Shown one piece after another: positions 53,156 through 62,049 of a stretch of DNA of 64,000 nucleotides. The notes beneath the pieces are model-generated. The model saw nothing but the letters and a program-made list of their open reading frames with translations. It searched no databases and had not been told where the DNA came from. The first letter of the stretch is position 1. Each line of letters begins with the position of its first letter. This DNA is from a virus: IMG/VR virus record IMGVR_UViG_3300041097_000006; one strand, written 5' to 3'. The translations under genes and the position numbers were made by a program.

Positions 53156-53765
53156 CTATATCCTTCCCGCATCACAATGCGCTCCTGCGGGTGGGTGAGG
53201 CCCTGGAACGCCCTGACAGATCCCGCCGGGATGTGATCGGGGGCATCGAGAGGCCCGTGATACCCGAGGATGTTCGTGTGGGAACTCCAGGTGGCGATCT
53301 TTGGAGACACTCCCTGGAGCCCCCACACGGCCCCGCGGAATAGTTGCTGAGGGTGGATCATTTCGTGCCCCCTGTTGATGTGTGGAGCTCGATCTCCCCG
53401 ACTACGCCCCGGCCGGGCGTGCCGACGGTGCTACGGTCGATCCAGGTAAATCGCACCGCGGTAACCCGCAGACCGTAGGTATCGGACAGCTCCTGGGCCA
53501 CCCGACGCAGCGCCTCATGGGCCGCAGCCTCCGCGATTGTCATAGCCGCCCCCGCCCCGTCATCTGCCCCCGACAGATCGCTAGGAACGAATGCCCCGTC
53601 GATGTCACGGCCAACCGGGCGCCGTCGGTGGCGCCGCGGGCAGGGGTTACCCGCGCATACCCGCCGGCCAGCAGATCCATGACCGACTGCCGCGGGAATG
53701 TTTCCACCGGGGCCCCGAGGCTCCCGAACCGTGTCAGGCATTGCACTGCGGTCGATATGCGCATG

Positions 53766-54077
53766 TCATTCTCCCCCGTTGAGCATTGCAATTCGGTCGC
53801 GTCCCTCCGCGTCGATGATCGAGATAGACCCCTCCGGCCAGCGCACCACCCCCACGTGTACCGGGTCGCCTTGCCCATCCCGGTGGAATACCAGGGGGAG
53901 GTCCGGCCGCGCGCCGAGCTCAATCAGTTCGTCCATGTGGTGACGCTGGACCAGGGTCAAGCCATCGACGCAACGCTCACGGAACGCATCGGCCCGCCGT
54001 TCCAGCCACAGCCACGATGCGACCACTAGGGCGAGCGCCGAGGCAGCGCCCAGGGCGGCGATATGTACGGTTTCCAT
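53766..54077 (-). CDS. Copy 2: small membrane protein
   Basis: Same as 15286-15597. Confidence 0.65.
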   Translation of the reverse strand: METVHIAALGAASALALVVASWLWLERRADAFRERCVDGLTLVQRHHMDELIELGARPDLPLVFHRDGQGDPVHVGVVRWPEGSISIIDAEGRDRIAMLNGGE

Positions 54078-54208
54078 GATGCACTCCTGATTAGATTAGA
54101 TTGGATTTACTGCGGTGGCCCTGTTGCTTGCCACGATTCGATTATAGTCACCGTGACTATGGAGTCAAGGATTTTTTTAGCCACGGTGACTAACCTGGGG
54201 TTACCGGG

Positions 54209-54655
54209 TCAATAGGACCATTGCAGTAGGTCGTCCCGGGAACAGCCGACGGCCGCGGCCCCGTCGTCGATAGTGGCGAACAGGATGTGCCCAGGCATGG
54301 ACCGCATGCGGGAATGCACGTGAATGGGCTCACCGTCCCGCAGGGCGGACTCCACCATCCGTTTGTTGTACTCCGCGAACGACCCGGCGAGGGCAGAGCC
54401 GGCCGCCGCCTTGTCGGTACGCGGCCAGGAGTCGATGACCAGCCCCACACGCCGTGTGCCGACGCATTTCGTAACCGGCGGGGGGCGGAGCGCGTCGAAC
54501 AGTTCGCGCAGGCGCGCGTCGTCGATGCCGAGGGACAACACCGCGGCCTCGATTTGCGCCGTAGCGTCCCGAACGCCATCGTCATACGACGCGGCATACA
54601 GAGGGGAGACGGCCGCACTCAGGACGGCCAGGATTACCGCAACGATCAGTTTCAT
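54209..54655 (-). CDS. Copy 2: secreted hypothetical protein
   Basis: Same as 15729-16175. Confidence 0.7.
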   Translation of the reverse strand: MKLIVAVILAVLSAAVSPLYAASYDDGVRDATAQIEAAVLSLGIDDARLRELFDALRPPPVTKCVGTRRVGLVIDSWPRTDKAAAGSALAGSFAEYNKRMVESALRDGEPIHVHSRMRSMPGHILFATIDDGAAAVGCSRDDLLQWSY

Positions 54656-54726
54656 GGTGGTGCCTCCTAGTAAAGTGAAAACGAATTACGGTCCGCATTC
54701 GTCATCTACCCATGGGCACCTCCTAT

Positions 54727-56700
54727 CTAACCGCAATCCGCCCCTGGGGCTGCCTCCGGGTCGGGGGCCCACCCTGGGATTGTGACGGTCCCGTCCGATA
54801 ATACTCGCGCCAGACCCCCCTCGATCAGGGAGCGGTGCGCCTCCGCCCACCGGGCGCGGGGCAGCCCACCCTTGCCTCCGTCTTCCAGACCCCCTGTGGC
54901 GGCCATCTGCCAGTCTTTGAGCGTGACGGGCTGCCCGTGAACGAGCAGAGCATCCAGGATGTCCAGGGCGAACTGCTGATTGGGGCGCAGCTTGCGGTTC
55001 CGGAGGGGCGCCGGGGGCGGAGGCTCGCCCCGTACGATCACCGCGGATCGCAGCAGCTCGCCCGCATCATCCACCCATCCGAACGGCAGCGTCACGTCAC
55101 GTAACTGAAACGCATAGTCCGGTGGCACCGCGCCGTCCTTCATCTTCCCGCACGACAGTACAATGGCGTCATCCTCCCGGCGGGCACTGAACTCCACATC
55201 GACGGCCCCCCGGAACGCTCCGGACCCCCTGGCCTGCCCGGTGTTTTTCGCCGTGTGATGCACGACCAGCACCGTGCAGCCATACCGCTCCCGGATCGCG
55301 TCCAGTTCCGCGATGAATCGCCCGGCATCAAGTGCCGAGTTTTCGTCGCCGCCGATAAACGCCCGGGCCAGCGTGTCGATCACGATCAGTGCAGGGGGTG
55401 CGCTCAGGGCGTCTATCTCCGACGTGAGTTCGGCTACGTCGGCCGGCGACAGGAACCTGACGGCGCGGGCCGAGACCCGCACTGGGCAGCCGGCTAGGGG
55501 GGTTTTGCGGTCCTCCTCCCACGCCCTCGCGCGGCGGGCAATGCCGGCGTGGCCCTCGCCTGCCACGTACACGACAGGACCGGTATTTACCCGGCATCCG
55601 TGCCACTCCGTACCGGTCGCAACGGCCAGGGCCATGTCCAGGGCGAGAAACGATTTCCCGGCCCCCGGCTCACCCTGGAGCATCGCCAGTACACCATGCT
55701 CCAGGACTCCCGCAATCTGCCACCGCAGCACCTGCGGCCGGGCGGTTAGCGTGTCCAGTGGGATCAGCAGGCCACCGGCAGGTATACGGATGGGATCGGC
55801 CGCCCGGCGTTGATGCAGCACTCGTTCGCATCGCTGGCACGCGCCGAGTACTGTGGCGCGGGCGTAGTCCTCCCGTTGCCACTTTTCGCGCACCAGGGCG
55901 GACTGTCGCGCCAGCCGCCACATGCGGGCGGCATCACGTCCGGTCCAGAATGCGAGGTGCGCGAACAGTGCCGCGTCGGCGCTGGAACGGTCATACGCGT
56001 CCCCCGACGGGGACGGGTAGGCCCGCGCCAGCGCGTCGGCGTTGCCCTCCCACAGCTCGCGCAGCGTGGCGCGCTCGCCGAACACCGCGGCACCGCCGGG
56101 ACGCGATGACAGCATCATATGGATTAGCTCCGCGTCGTCCGGGGGGCCGGACCAGTCGGGAGATGGACCGCGGGTCCAGTCGGCTGCGGGGATCGGCGCG
56201 GGGGTGGGCGCGAAATACCGCTGCGCCACGGTCGCCAACGGGGCGGAGCAATCCGCGTCCAGGTCGCCCCGCGCGCTGGTGCCGGTCAGAGCTACGAAAC
56301 GATCCCGCGTGTAGAGCTCGATCCCGAGGCGGGCGTCCTTGCATCGGTGGGGCGGGGCGGCCCCCTGGTATCGGCCGATGATGTGTAGGCCCTCGCCCGA
56401 TTGCGACACCTCGGCGTAGGCGCCCGGGAACTGCGCCAGCAGATCAACAGCCAGGGGGGAGGGCGTGCCGTCGGTGATAGCGTGGTCGATATCCAGCAGG
56501 AACCGCTGCGAATCGCCGTTTATCACCAGGGCGATACCGCTGGCGTCGCGGAATGGCAGAACCGCCTCGGCGGCGTCCCGCGTTACCCATTGTGTGGGGT
56601 CGTGAGCGTTACATACCGCGCCCGTGTGGGGGGAGATGGGCAGCTTGTCCGTCCGTGTTCCACGGGATACGAGGCGATACAGGATGTATTCCGCCGTCAT
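54727..56700 (-). CDS. Copy 2: primase-polymerase/AAA_25 helicase
   Basis: Same as 16247-18220. Confidence 0.88.
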   Translation of the reverse strand: MTAEYILYRLVSRGTRTDKLPISPHTGAVCNAHDPTQWVTRDAAEAVLPFRDASGIALVINGDSQRFLLDIDHAITDGTPSPLAVDLLAQFPGAYAEVSQSGEGLHIIGRYQGAAPPHRCKDARLGIELYTRDRFVALTGTSARGDLDADCSAPLATVAQRYFAPTPAPIPAADWTRGPSPDWSGPPDDAELIHMMLSSRPGGAAVFGERATLRELWEGNADALARAYPSPSGDAYDRSSADAALFAHLAFWTGRDAARMWRLARQSALVREKWQREDYARATVLGACQRCERVLHQRRAADPIRIPAGGLLIPLDTLTARPQVLRWQIAGVLEHGVLAMLQGEPGAGKSFLALDMALAVATGTEWHGCRVNTGPVVYVAGEGHAGIARRARAWEEDRKTPLAGCPVRVSARAVRFLSPADVAELTSEIDALSAPPALIVIDTLARAFIGGDENSALDAGRFIAELDAIRERYGCTVLVVHHTAKNTGQARGSGAFRGAVDVEFSARREDDAIVLSCGKMKDGAVPPDYAFQLRDVTLPFGWVDDAGELLRSAVIVRGEPPPPAPLRNRKLRPNQQFALDILDALLVHGQPVTLKDWQMAATGGLEDGGKGGLPRARWAEAHRSLIEGGLARVLSDGTVTIPGWAPDPEAAPGADCG

Positions 56701-56993
56701 GTCTCTGGCCCCGTCAGAGAGGCCAACGCCCGGGCGCGTACCCCCTCCGGTAGATCGCGCGCCGACGGGTGCCGCATGGCGATGGCCCCGGCCAGGAATC
56801 GCCACTCCCCGCGGGCTGCCGCATGTGCCACCAGCTCCGTCATGAGTCCGCCCATGGACCCGAAGTGGTACGACACCAGCGCCGGGGCGCATTTCGCGCG
56901 GCGGGCGACGCGCAGCCGCGTGATCCCCGCGGGCCCATACTGTGCTGCCACGTTATACGCAGCCCGCATAATCCGTTCGTGCGGACGGGTCAC
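56697..56993 (-). CDS. Copy 2: TetR-like HTH protein
   Basis: Same as 18217-18513. Confidence 0.75.
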   Translation of the reverse strand: MTRPHERIMRAAYNVAAQYGPAGITRLRVARRAKCAPALVSYHFGSMGGLMTELVAHAAARGEWRFLAGAIAMRHPSARDLPEGVRARALASLTGPET

Positions 56994-57376
56994 GGTTTCG
57001 CCCCCACACCGCCAGCAATGATACTCATGGCATCGGCCGGGCTAGTAGCGAATCCGGCCAGCCCGCCGAAGCTGCGCACTGCGGCGATGAACCGCATCTG
57101 TGCCCGCTCGCGCTCAGTACGAACGCCCGGCCAACCTGGGCGCTTGCATTCGATAGCTACGAATTTCCCGCTGGGGCGCGCTATGCCGATTAGATCGCTG
57201 GATTTGATCTGCGCATTGACGGCTGCCGAATCGTTCGCCAGGCCGAACCGGATGGGCCGCCCCGCCTCGTTTTTCGCCACCCCCGTGTTATTCCGCCACA
57301 GGATGACCCCGCGTTTTGCCAGGTCCAGGCGGATCGCGGCGGCGACCTCCGACTCAGTGGGGGCGGAGGGGTTCAC
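56990..57376 (-). CDS. Copy 2: VRR-NUC nuclease
   Basis: Same as 18510-18896. Confidence 0.88.
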   Translation of the reverse strand: MNPSAPTESEVAAAIRLDLAKRGVILWRNNTGVAKNEAGRPIRFGLANDSAAVNAQIKSSDLIGIARPSGKFVAIECKRPGWPGVRTERERAQMRFIAAVRSFGGLAGFATSPADAMSIIAGGVGAKP

Positions 57377-57586
57377 GGTGCGACATCCCGGTAGCGTATT
57401 CCCCGAGGTCCTGTATCGCGGATTCAGCCGATGCCTCAGATACCGCGAGTAGCCTCGCGGCGGCAAAGGCCCCGGCGTAAAATGCCGCGCGCAGCCGGAT
57501 GACCTCCCCTGTCGAGGCGCCCGCAGCCAGTAGATCGGGCTCTAAGTCCGCCCAGTGGTCGTTTAGTACCCCCATGATCCCCCCCG

Positions 57587-59227
57587 TCATTTTTCCATCC
57601 TCTCTAAAATGCGCTCCCGAAGCGCGTCCGCCTCCGGCCGTCCTAGCGCCTGCGCGCTTAGCGAGTCGATGCCGAACGCATGAAAAAATTTGCGATGTCG
57701 TTCCCGCTCGCTCAGGCCCGCGTCACGCTGCACCCCGGCCCACTGTGCCATGGCGTCACGCAAGGCGCGCTGGGCATCCCGCCGCAGCCGGTGGGCCTTG
57801 ATGTACCCATGCACCGCCGCGGCCGGGGCATTGCCGTGCTGGAGCCGGGCGAGCTCCGGTGGGGTGTCGGCCAGCACCGCATCCGCCCGGCTGCGCAGCG
57901 CCGCCAGCGCCTCGGGGGTCAGCTCGTACAGGTCGCCGTCAACCTCGGAGGGCCGGGAGCGCGGCACCCGTTGCGGCGAGACGCCGCAGTACGGGCATTC
58001 GGTCCGGTGGGCCTCGTAGGCCAGGTAGCATGCAGGGCAGGTACGAACGGGGATGGCCCCGGGGTTCTCCCGCTGCCGGCGTTTGCGTGCGTCCAGGGTC
58101 CAGACCCGCGGTGCGTCCGGGAGGCCATGGCGCAGCACGTTTCCCACGTGGTCGATAACGATGGCGTGGGCTTTACCGTCCATCGGCCGCAGGGCGCGCC
58201 CGAATTGCTGCGCATAGACGTTGTAGGACTGCGTGGGGCGGGCGAACGATACGACCTCGATAGCCGGCAGGTCGAAACCCTCGCCGAACAGGTCGACGTT
58301 CACCAGCTGGAGGATCTGGCGGCGCCGGAATCGCCGAATCGCCCCCGTGCGGGTCGCGTCGTCCGTATTCGCGCTCACGGCCTCGGCGGGCACGCCGGCA
58401 GCGCAATACTGGGCTGCGATCTGCTCCGCCAGCTCAACGTCTGGCGCGAACGTCACGCCGAGTTTCCCGGGGGCGATGCGTCGGTACTGCTCCACCACGT
58501 CGCCCACAATGTGACTTTCGTGCGCCCGCTTACGCATCTGTGGTAGCGAAAAATCCCCGGTCGTCTTACTGACTGGTACACCCGTCATGTCTAGATCGGA
58601 CGGCGGGCAGAATACCCGGTAGTCGGTCAGGTATCCCTGCCCGATCAGTTCACGCATTCCGGGGCCGGAGACCAGGGCATCAAATACGCCGTCGGCATGA
58701 CGCCCCAGGCCGCGCCCGTCGGCACGCCCCGGCGTGGCCGTCACACCTAGACCCCGCGCCTGGGGGAACATCGCCGCCGCGAGGCCCCACTTATTCCCGG
58801 TGAGAACGTGGTGCGCTTCGTCCTGGACCCACAGCCGCACTGAGCTGGCCCATGCGCGTAGGTCTGCCTCTCGGGCCACCAGGGTATCCACTGACGCCAC
58901 CGCGACGGCGCTGGACGCGTCGTAATAGCTGCGGCCGGTCTCCTCCACGTGATACCGCGCGCAGAACTGAACGACCTCACGGGGGCCGATGACCCGGTGC
59001 CGTACGCCCTCGCGGGCCAGGGCCAGGCTGATCTGTGACACCAGCTCGCGGCGGTGCGCGATGGCGCAGACGGCGCCCGCGGTCTCGCGGATGATGCGGG
59101 CGAGGATGACCGTTTTGCCGCCCCCGGTCGGGAGCTGTAGCAGCACGCTCTGTGCCGCCTCCCAGGCAGCCCGCGTCTGCTCTATGAGCGCAGCTTGATG
59201 CGGTCGTAACGTAATATGACTAGTCAT
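57587..59227 (-). CDS. Copy 2: SF2 helicase
   Basis: Same as 19107-20747. Confidence 0.93.
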   Translation of the reverse strand: MTSHITLRPHQAALIEQTRAAWEAAQSVLLQLPTGGGKTVILARIIRETAGAVCAIAHRRELVSQISLALAREGVRHRVIGPREVVQFCARYHVEETGRSYYDASSAVAVASVDTLVAREADLRAWASSVRLWVQDEAHHVLTGNKWGLAAAMFPQARGLGVTATPGRADGRGLGRHADGVFDALVSGPGMRELIGQGYLTDYRVFCPPSDLDMTGVPVSKTTGDFSLPQMRKRAHESHIVGDVVEQYRRIAPGKLGVTFAPDVELAEQIAAQYCAAGVPAEAVSANTDDATRTGAIRRFRRRQILQLVNVDLFGEGFDLPAIEVVSFARPTQSYNVYAQQFGRALRPMDGKAHAIVIDHVGNVLRHGLPDAPRVWTLDARKRRQRENPGAIPVRTCPACYLAYEAHRTECPYCGVSPQRVPRSRPSEVDGDLYELTPEALAALRSRADAVLADTPPELARLQHGNAPAAAVHGYIKAHRLRRDAQRALRDAMAQWAGVQRDAGLSERERHRKFFHAFGIDSLSAQALGRPEADALRERILERMEK

Positions 59228-59320
59228 CGTTCGTAAGTTTTTATTGACCGCGCCGTCAAACGTGCCGTATATTACGCATGCGTCCCGCCGGTATGCAACC
59301 ACTAAATAGGAGATTGATCG

Positions 59321-59968
59321 ATGTCCATTACGCTACATATCGCGGGGGCCACCGTGGCCGACGTGATCCGCAACGCTCAAGCGGCCTTGGCCGAGCTCAC
59401 CGGGACGGGGCGTCCGCCGTTCGCCGGCCCCCAGGAGGTCAAGGCGCCCGGAGCGGGCGTGAATTACGACCCGCCCAAGCCGCCCCCGACCGAATCGGAG
59501 GGCGGCGACGCTGACGGGGCCGCCGGGGATACCTCTGGGGCGGATTCGGCGGGCCTGCCGTGGGACGAACGTATCCACAGTCGCACCGGCTCGAAAAACG
59601 CGGATGGTACGTGGCGCCAGAAGCGCGGCGTGGCGGCCACGGTCCTGAATGCCGTGCTCTCGGAGCTGCGCGCCCGGGTGGCGCCTGAACCGGCCGCGCC
59701 CGCCACCCCGACGGCCGCGCCCGAACCGGAGGCCGCGTTCCCATGGGACGCCCCGGCGGCCCCCATCGCGCCGCAGATCACGCACGAAGGGCTGTTGGCG
59801 CAGATCACGAAGGCCATTACCGGCGGGGGCTTGAGTAATGCCGGTATCATGGGGCTGCTGTCCGAGCACGGCGTAAAGTCCGCGCAGGAACTCATGGCTC
59901 GCCCCGACACCTGGCCGGACATCTCCCGCAAGATCGCAGAGGGCTACACGGTGCCCTACGGTGGCTAG
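59321..59968 (+). CDS. Copy 2: conserved APSE-like protein
   Basis: Same as 20841-21488. Confidence 0.75.
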   Translation: MSITLHIAGATVADVIRNAQAALAELTGTGRPPFAGPQEVKAPGAGVNYDPPKPPPTESEGGDADGAAGDTSGADSAGLPWDERIHSRTGSKNADGTWRQKRGVAATVLNAVLSELRARVAPEPAAPATPTAAPEPEAAFPWDAPAAPIAPQITHEGLLAQITKAITGGGLSNAGIMGLLSEHGVKSAQELMARPDTWPDISRKIAEGYTVPYGG

Positions 59969-60995
59969 CATCGCCACCGCGCCCCGATGGACGCGCTGCC
60001 CCGGCTCCCGGGTCTACCCGGAGCCGGAGACGCGCCCCGACGACCCGGCGGGCCAGGCGCTCGCCGTCGCCATGGCGGTAGCGCACAGCCGCCCCCCGCC
60101 CGGATCGGCGGATCGAGAGGTGACGGAGTACGGCCACCGTTTCGGCGAGGCGCTGCGGGAACGGGTGGGCCGGGCGCCGCTGGTGGTAGCCGCAGCGGTA
60201 GAGCCGCTCCCGGGCGTTACCGGCGCAGTCCATGCCGCGAGCATCGCCGGGGGGCTGCTGACGGTATATGAGCTGGCCTATGGGCACCGCCCCGTGGAGG
60301 TCGCGCGAAACCCGGCGTTGGTGCTTAAAGCCCTCGGTCTGCTGCCGGGCTTGCCGCAGGCGCCGAGCGCCGTACAGTTCCACGTGTACCAGCCGCGCGC
60401 CCCACACCGTCAGGGCGTTTGGAGGCAGTGGGAAATGCGAGCGGAATCCCTGCCGGCGTGGCGCGATCTGTTCGTGAAAACGCTGGCAGCCCCGGACACC
60501 GTACTGCATTCCGGGCCACACTGTGCCGGCTGTCCAGGGCGCGCAACTTGCCCGGCGCTACGGGGCGCCGCCGAGGCGGCCATCGACTGCCGGATGACTG
60601 GCTCGCCGGAGCGGTTAGGCAACGAGGCCATGGGCCAGGAGCTAGTCATCCTGCACGAGGCCGTGGAGTCGCTTCTAAACCGACAGGCGGCCCTGGAGGC
60701 GGAGGCCCTGGCGCGAATCGAACGCGGGGGGTTCATCCCTGGATGGTCCGCTGCCCCCGGCCGGGGAAAATCCCGGTGGACCGACCCCGCGCAAGTGGGG
60801 GCTCTCGGCGACCTGTTCGGGGTAACGATCCGCGACCCGCCCGGTTTAGCGACCCCCGCGGAGGCCCGGCGGCGCTTCAAGGCCGCCGGGCTGGATGACA
60901 GGGTACTGGACCAGTACATTATTCGGCCTGCTACCGCGGTACGGCTGGAGCGGGACACGGGGTCCAACCCTTTCGACGATGACATTCCATTCTGA
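59961..60995 (+). CDS. Copy 2: degenerate DUF2800/Cas4-like protein
   Basis: Same as 21481-22515. Confidence 0.8.
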   Translation: MASIATAPRWTRCPGSRVYPEPETRPDDPAGQALAVAMAVAHSRPPPGSADREVTEYGHRFGEALRERVGRAPLVVAAAVEPLPGVTGAVHAASIAGGLLTVYELAYGHRPVEVARNPALVLKALGLLPGLPQAPSAVQFHVYQPRAPHRQGVWRQWEMRAESLPAWRDLFVKTLAAPDTVLHSGPHCAGCPGRATCPALRGAAEAAIDCRMTGSPERLGNEAMGQELVILHEAVESLLNRQAALEAEALARIERGGFIPGWSAAPGRGKSRWTDPAQVGALGDLFGVTIRDPPGLATPAEARRRFKAAGLDDRVLDQYIIRPATAVRLERDTGSNPFDDDIPF

Positions 60996-61002
60996 GGTGG
61001 CT

Positions 61003-61818
61003 ATGGCAAACGAATCTGAATTTCTACTAACCCCGGTTGGGCGGCTGGTGCAAGGCTCCCCCGGCACCCCTTACACAAAGGACGCCACCGGCCGCGAGCG
61101 TGACCGACCGCAGTATTTTATGGCGGTGGCATTTGAAAAACGTAACGCGGGGACGGCGGCGATGTGGCAGAAAATCCACGCGAAGGCGCTGGCCGATTGG
61201 CGCGGCAACGAAACGCAACGGCCGGACTTCGCATGGAAGGTGCTGGACGGCGACGCCCCGGCGCACGCCGGCAAAGAGGGATGGGCCGGATGCATGGTGC
61301 TGCGTCTCACGTCGGGGTTCCCCCCGCGCTGCTACGACAGCGGCAACCCGCCGCAGCCGCTCGATCCGGCACAAATCAAAACCGGGTATTACGTGCGGTG
61401 CAATGTCGGCGTCCGCGGGAACGGGTCGTTGCAGACGCCCGGCATGTACCTGAACCTCGACATGGTGCAGCTGTGCGGGTACGGCGCGGAAATTTCCAGC
61501 GGCCCGGACGCCGCGGGGATTTTCGGCCAGGCCGCGCCGCTGCCCGCGGGGGCCTCCGCGATGCCCCCGGCTCCGGCCGGCGCCCCGCCGCAAGCTTCCC
61601 CCGGGTATCCGGCTTTTGCCCCGCCGCAAGCTTCCCCCGCGTATCCGGCCCCCGGGCAAACCCTTCCGGCCGATCATCCAGCGGCCGGATACCCTGCGCC
61701 GCCCCAGGCTCCGGCTGTTGCCCCGCCGATGCCGGCGGCACCCACGATGGCGCCACAGCCCGGTGCAGCGCCGTCCGGCCCGGACTGGGGCTTTCTAACT
61801 CCGGGCGCCCCTCAATAG
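61003..61818 (+). CDS. Copy 2: DUF2815 SSB
   Basis: Same as 22523-23338. Confidence 0.85.
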   Translation: MANESEFLLTPVGRLVQGSPGTPYTKDATGRERDRPQYFMAVAFEKRNAGTAAMWQKIHAKALADWRGNETQRPDFAWKVLDGDAPAHAGKEGWAGCMVLRLTSGFPPRCYDSGNPPQPLDPAQIKTGYYVRCNVGVRGNGSLQTPGMYLNLDMVQLCGYGAEISSGPDAAGIFGQAAPLPAGASAMPPAPAGAPPQASPGYPAFAPPQASPAYPAPGQTLPADHPAAGYPAPPQAPAVAPPMPAAPTMAPQPGAAPSGPDWGFLTPGAPQ

Positions 61819-61824
61819 GAGGAT

Positions 61825-62049
61825 ATGACAATGGCACAATCTACCTTTGACCCCCTCGCGGTTCGCCACGCTACGGGCCTCAACCAGTCCGAATTTTGGG
61901 GCAGGCTCGGCGTCACTCAGTCCGGCGGCAGCCGCTACGAACGCGGGCGCCCCTGTCCCGCGCCCGTGTGCCTGTTGCTGGACGTAGCCTACGGTGACGC
62001 CGCGCTCTCCCGCGAGACGGTGAAGCGCCTCCGCACTGGCGATGCGTGA
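61825..62049 (+). CDS. Copy 2: XRE/Cro-like HTH regulator
   Basis: Same as 23345-23569. Confidence 0.88.
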   Translation: MTMAQSTFDPLAVRHATGLNQSEFWGRLGVTQSGGSRYERGRPCPAPVCLLLDVAYGDAALSRETVKRLRTGDA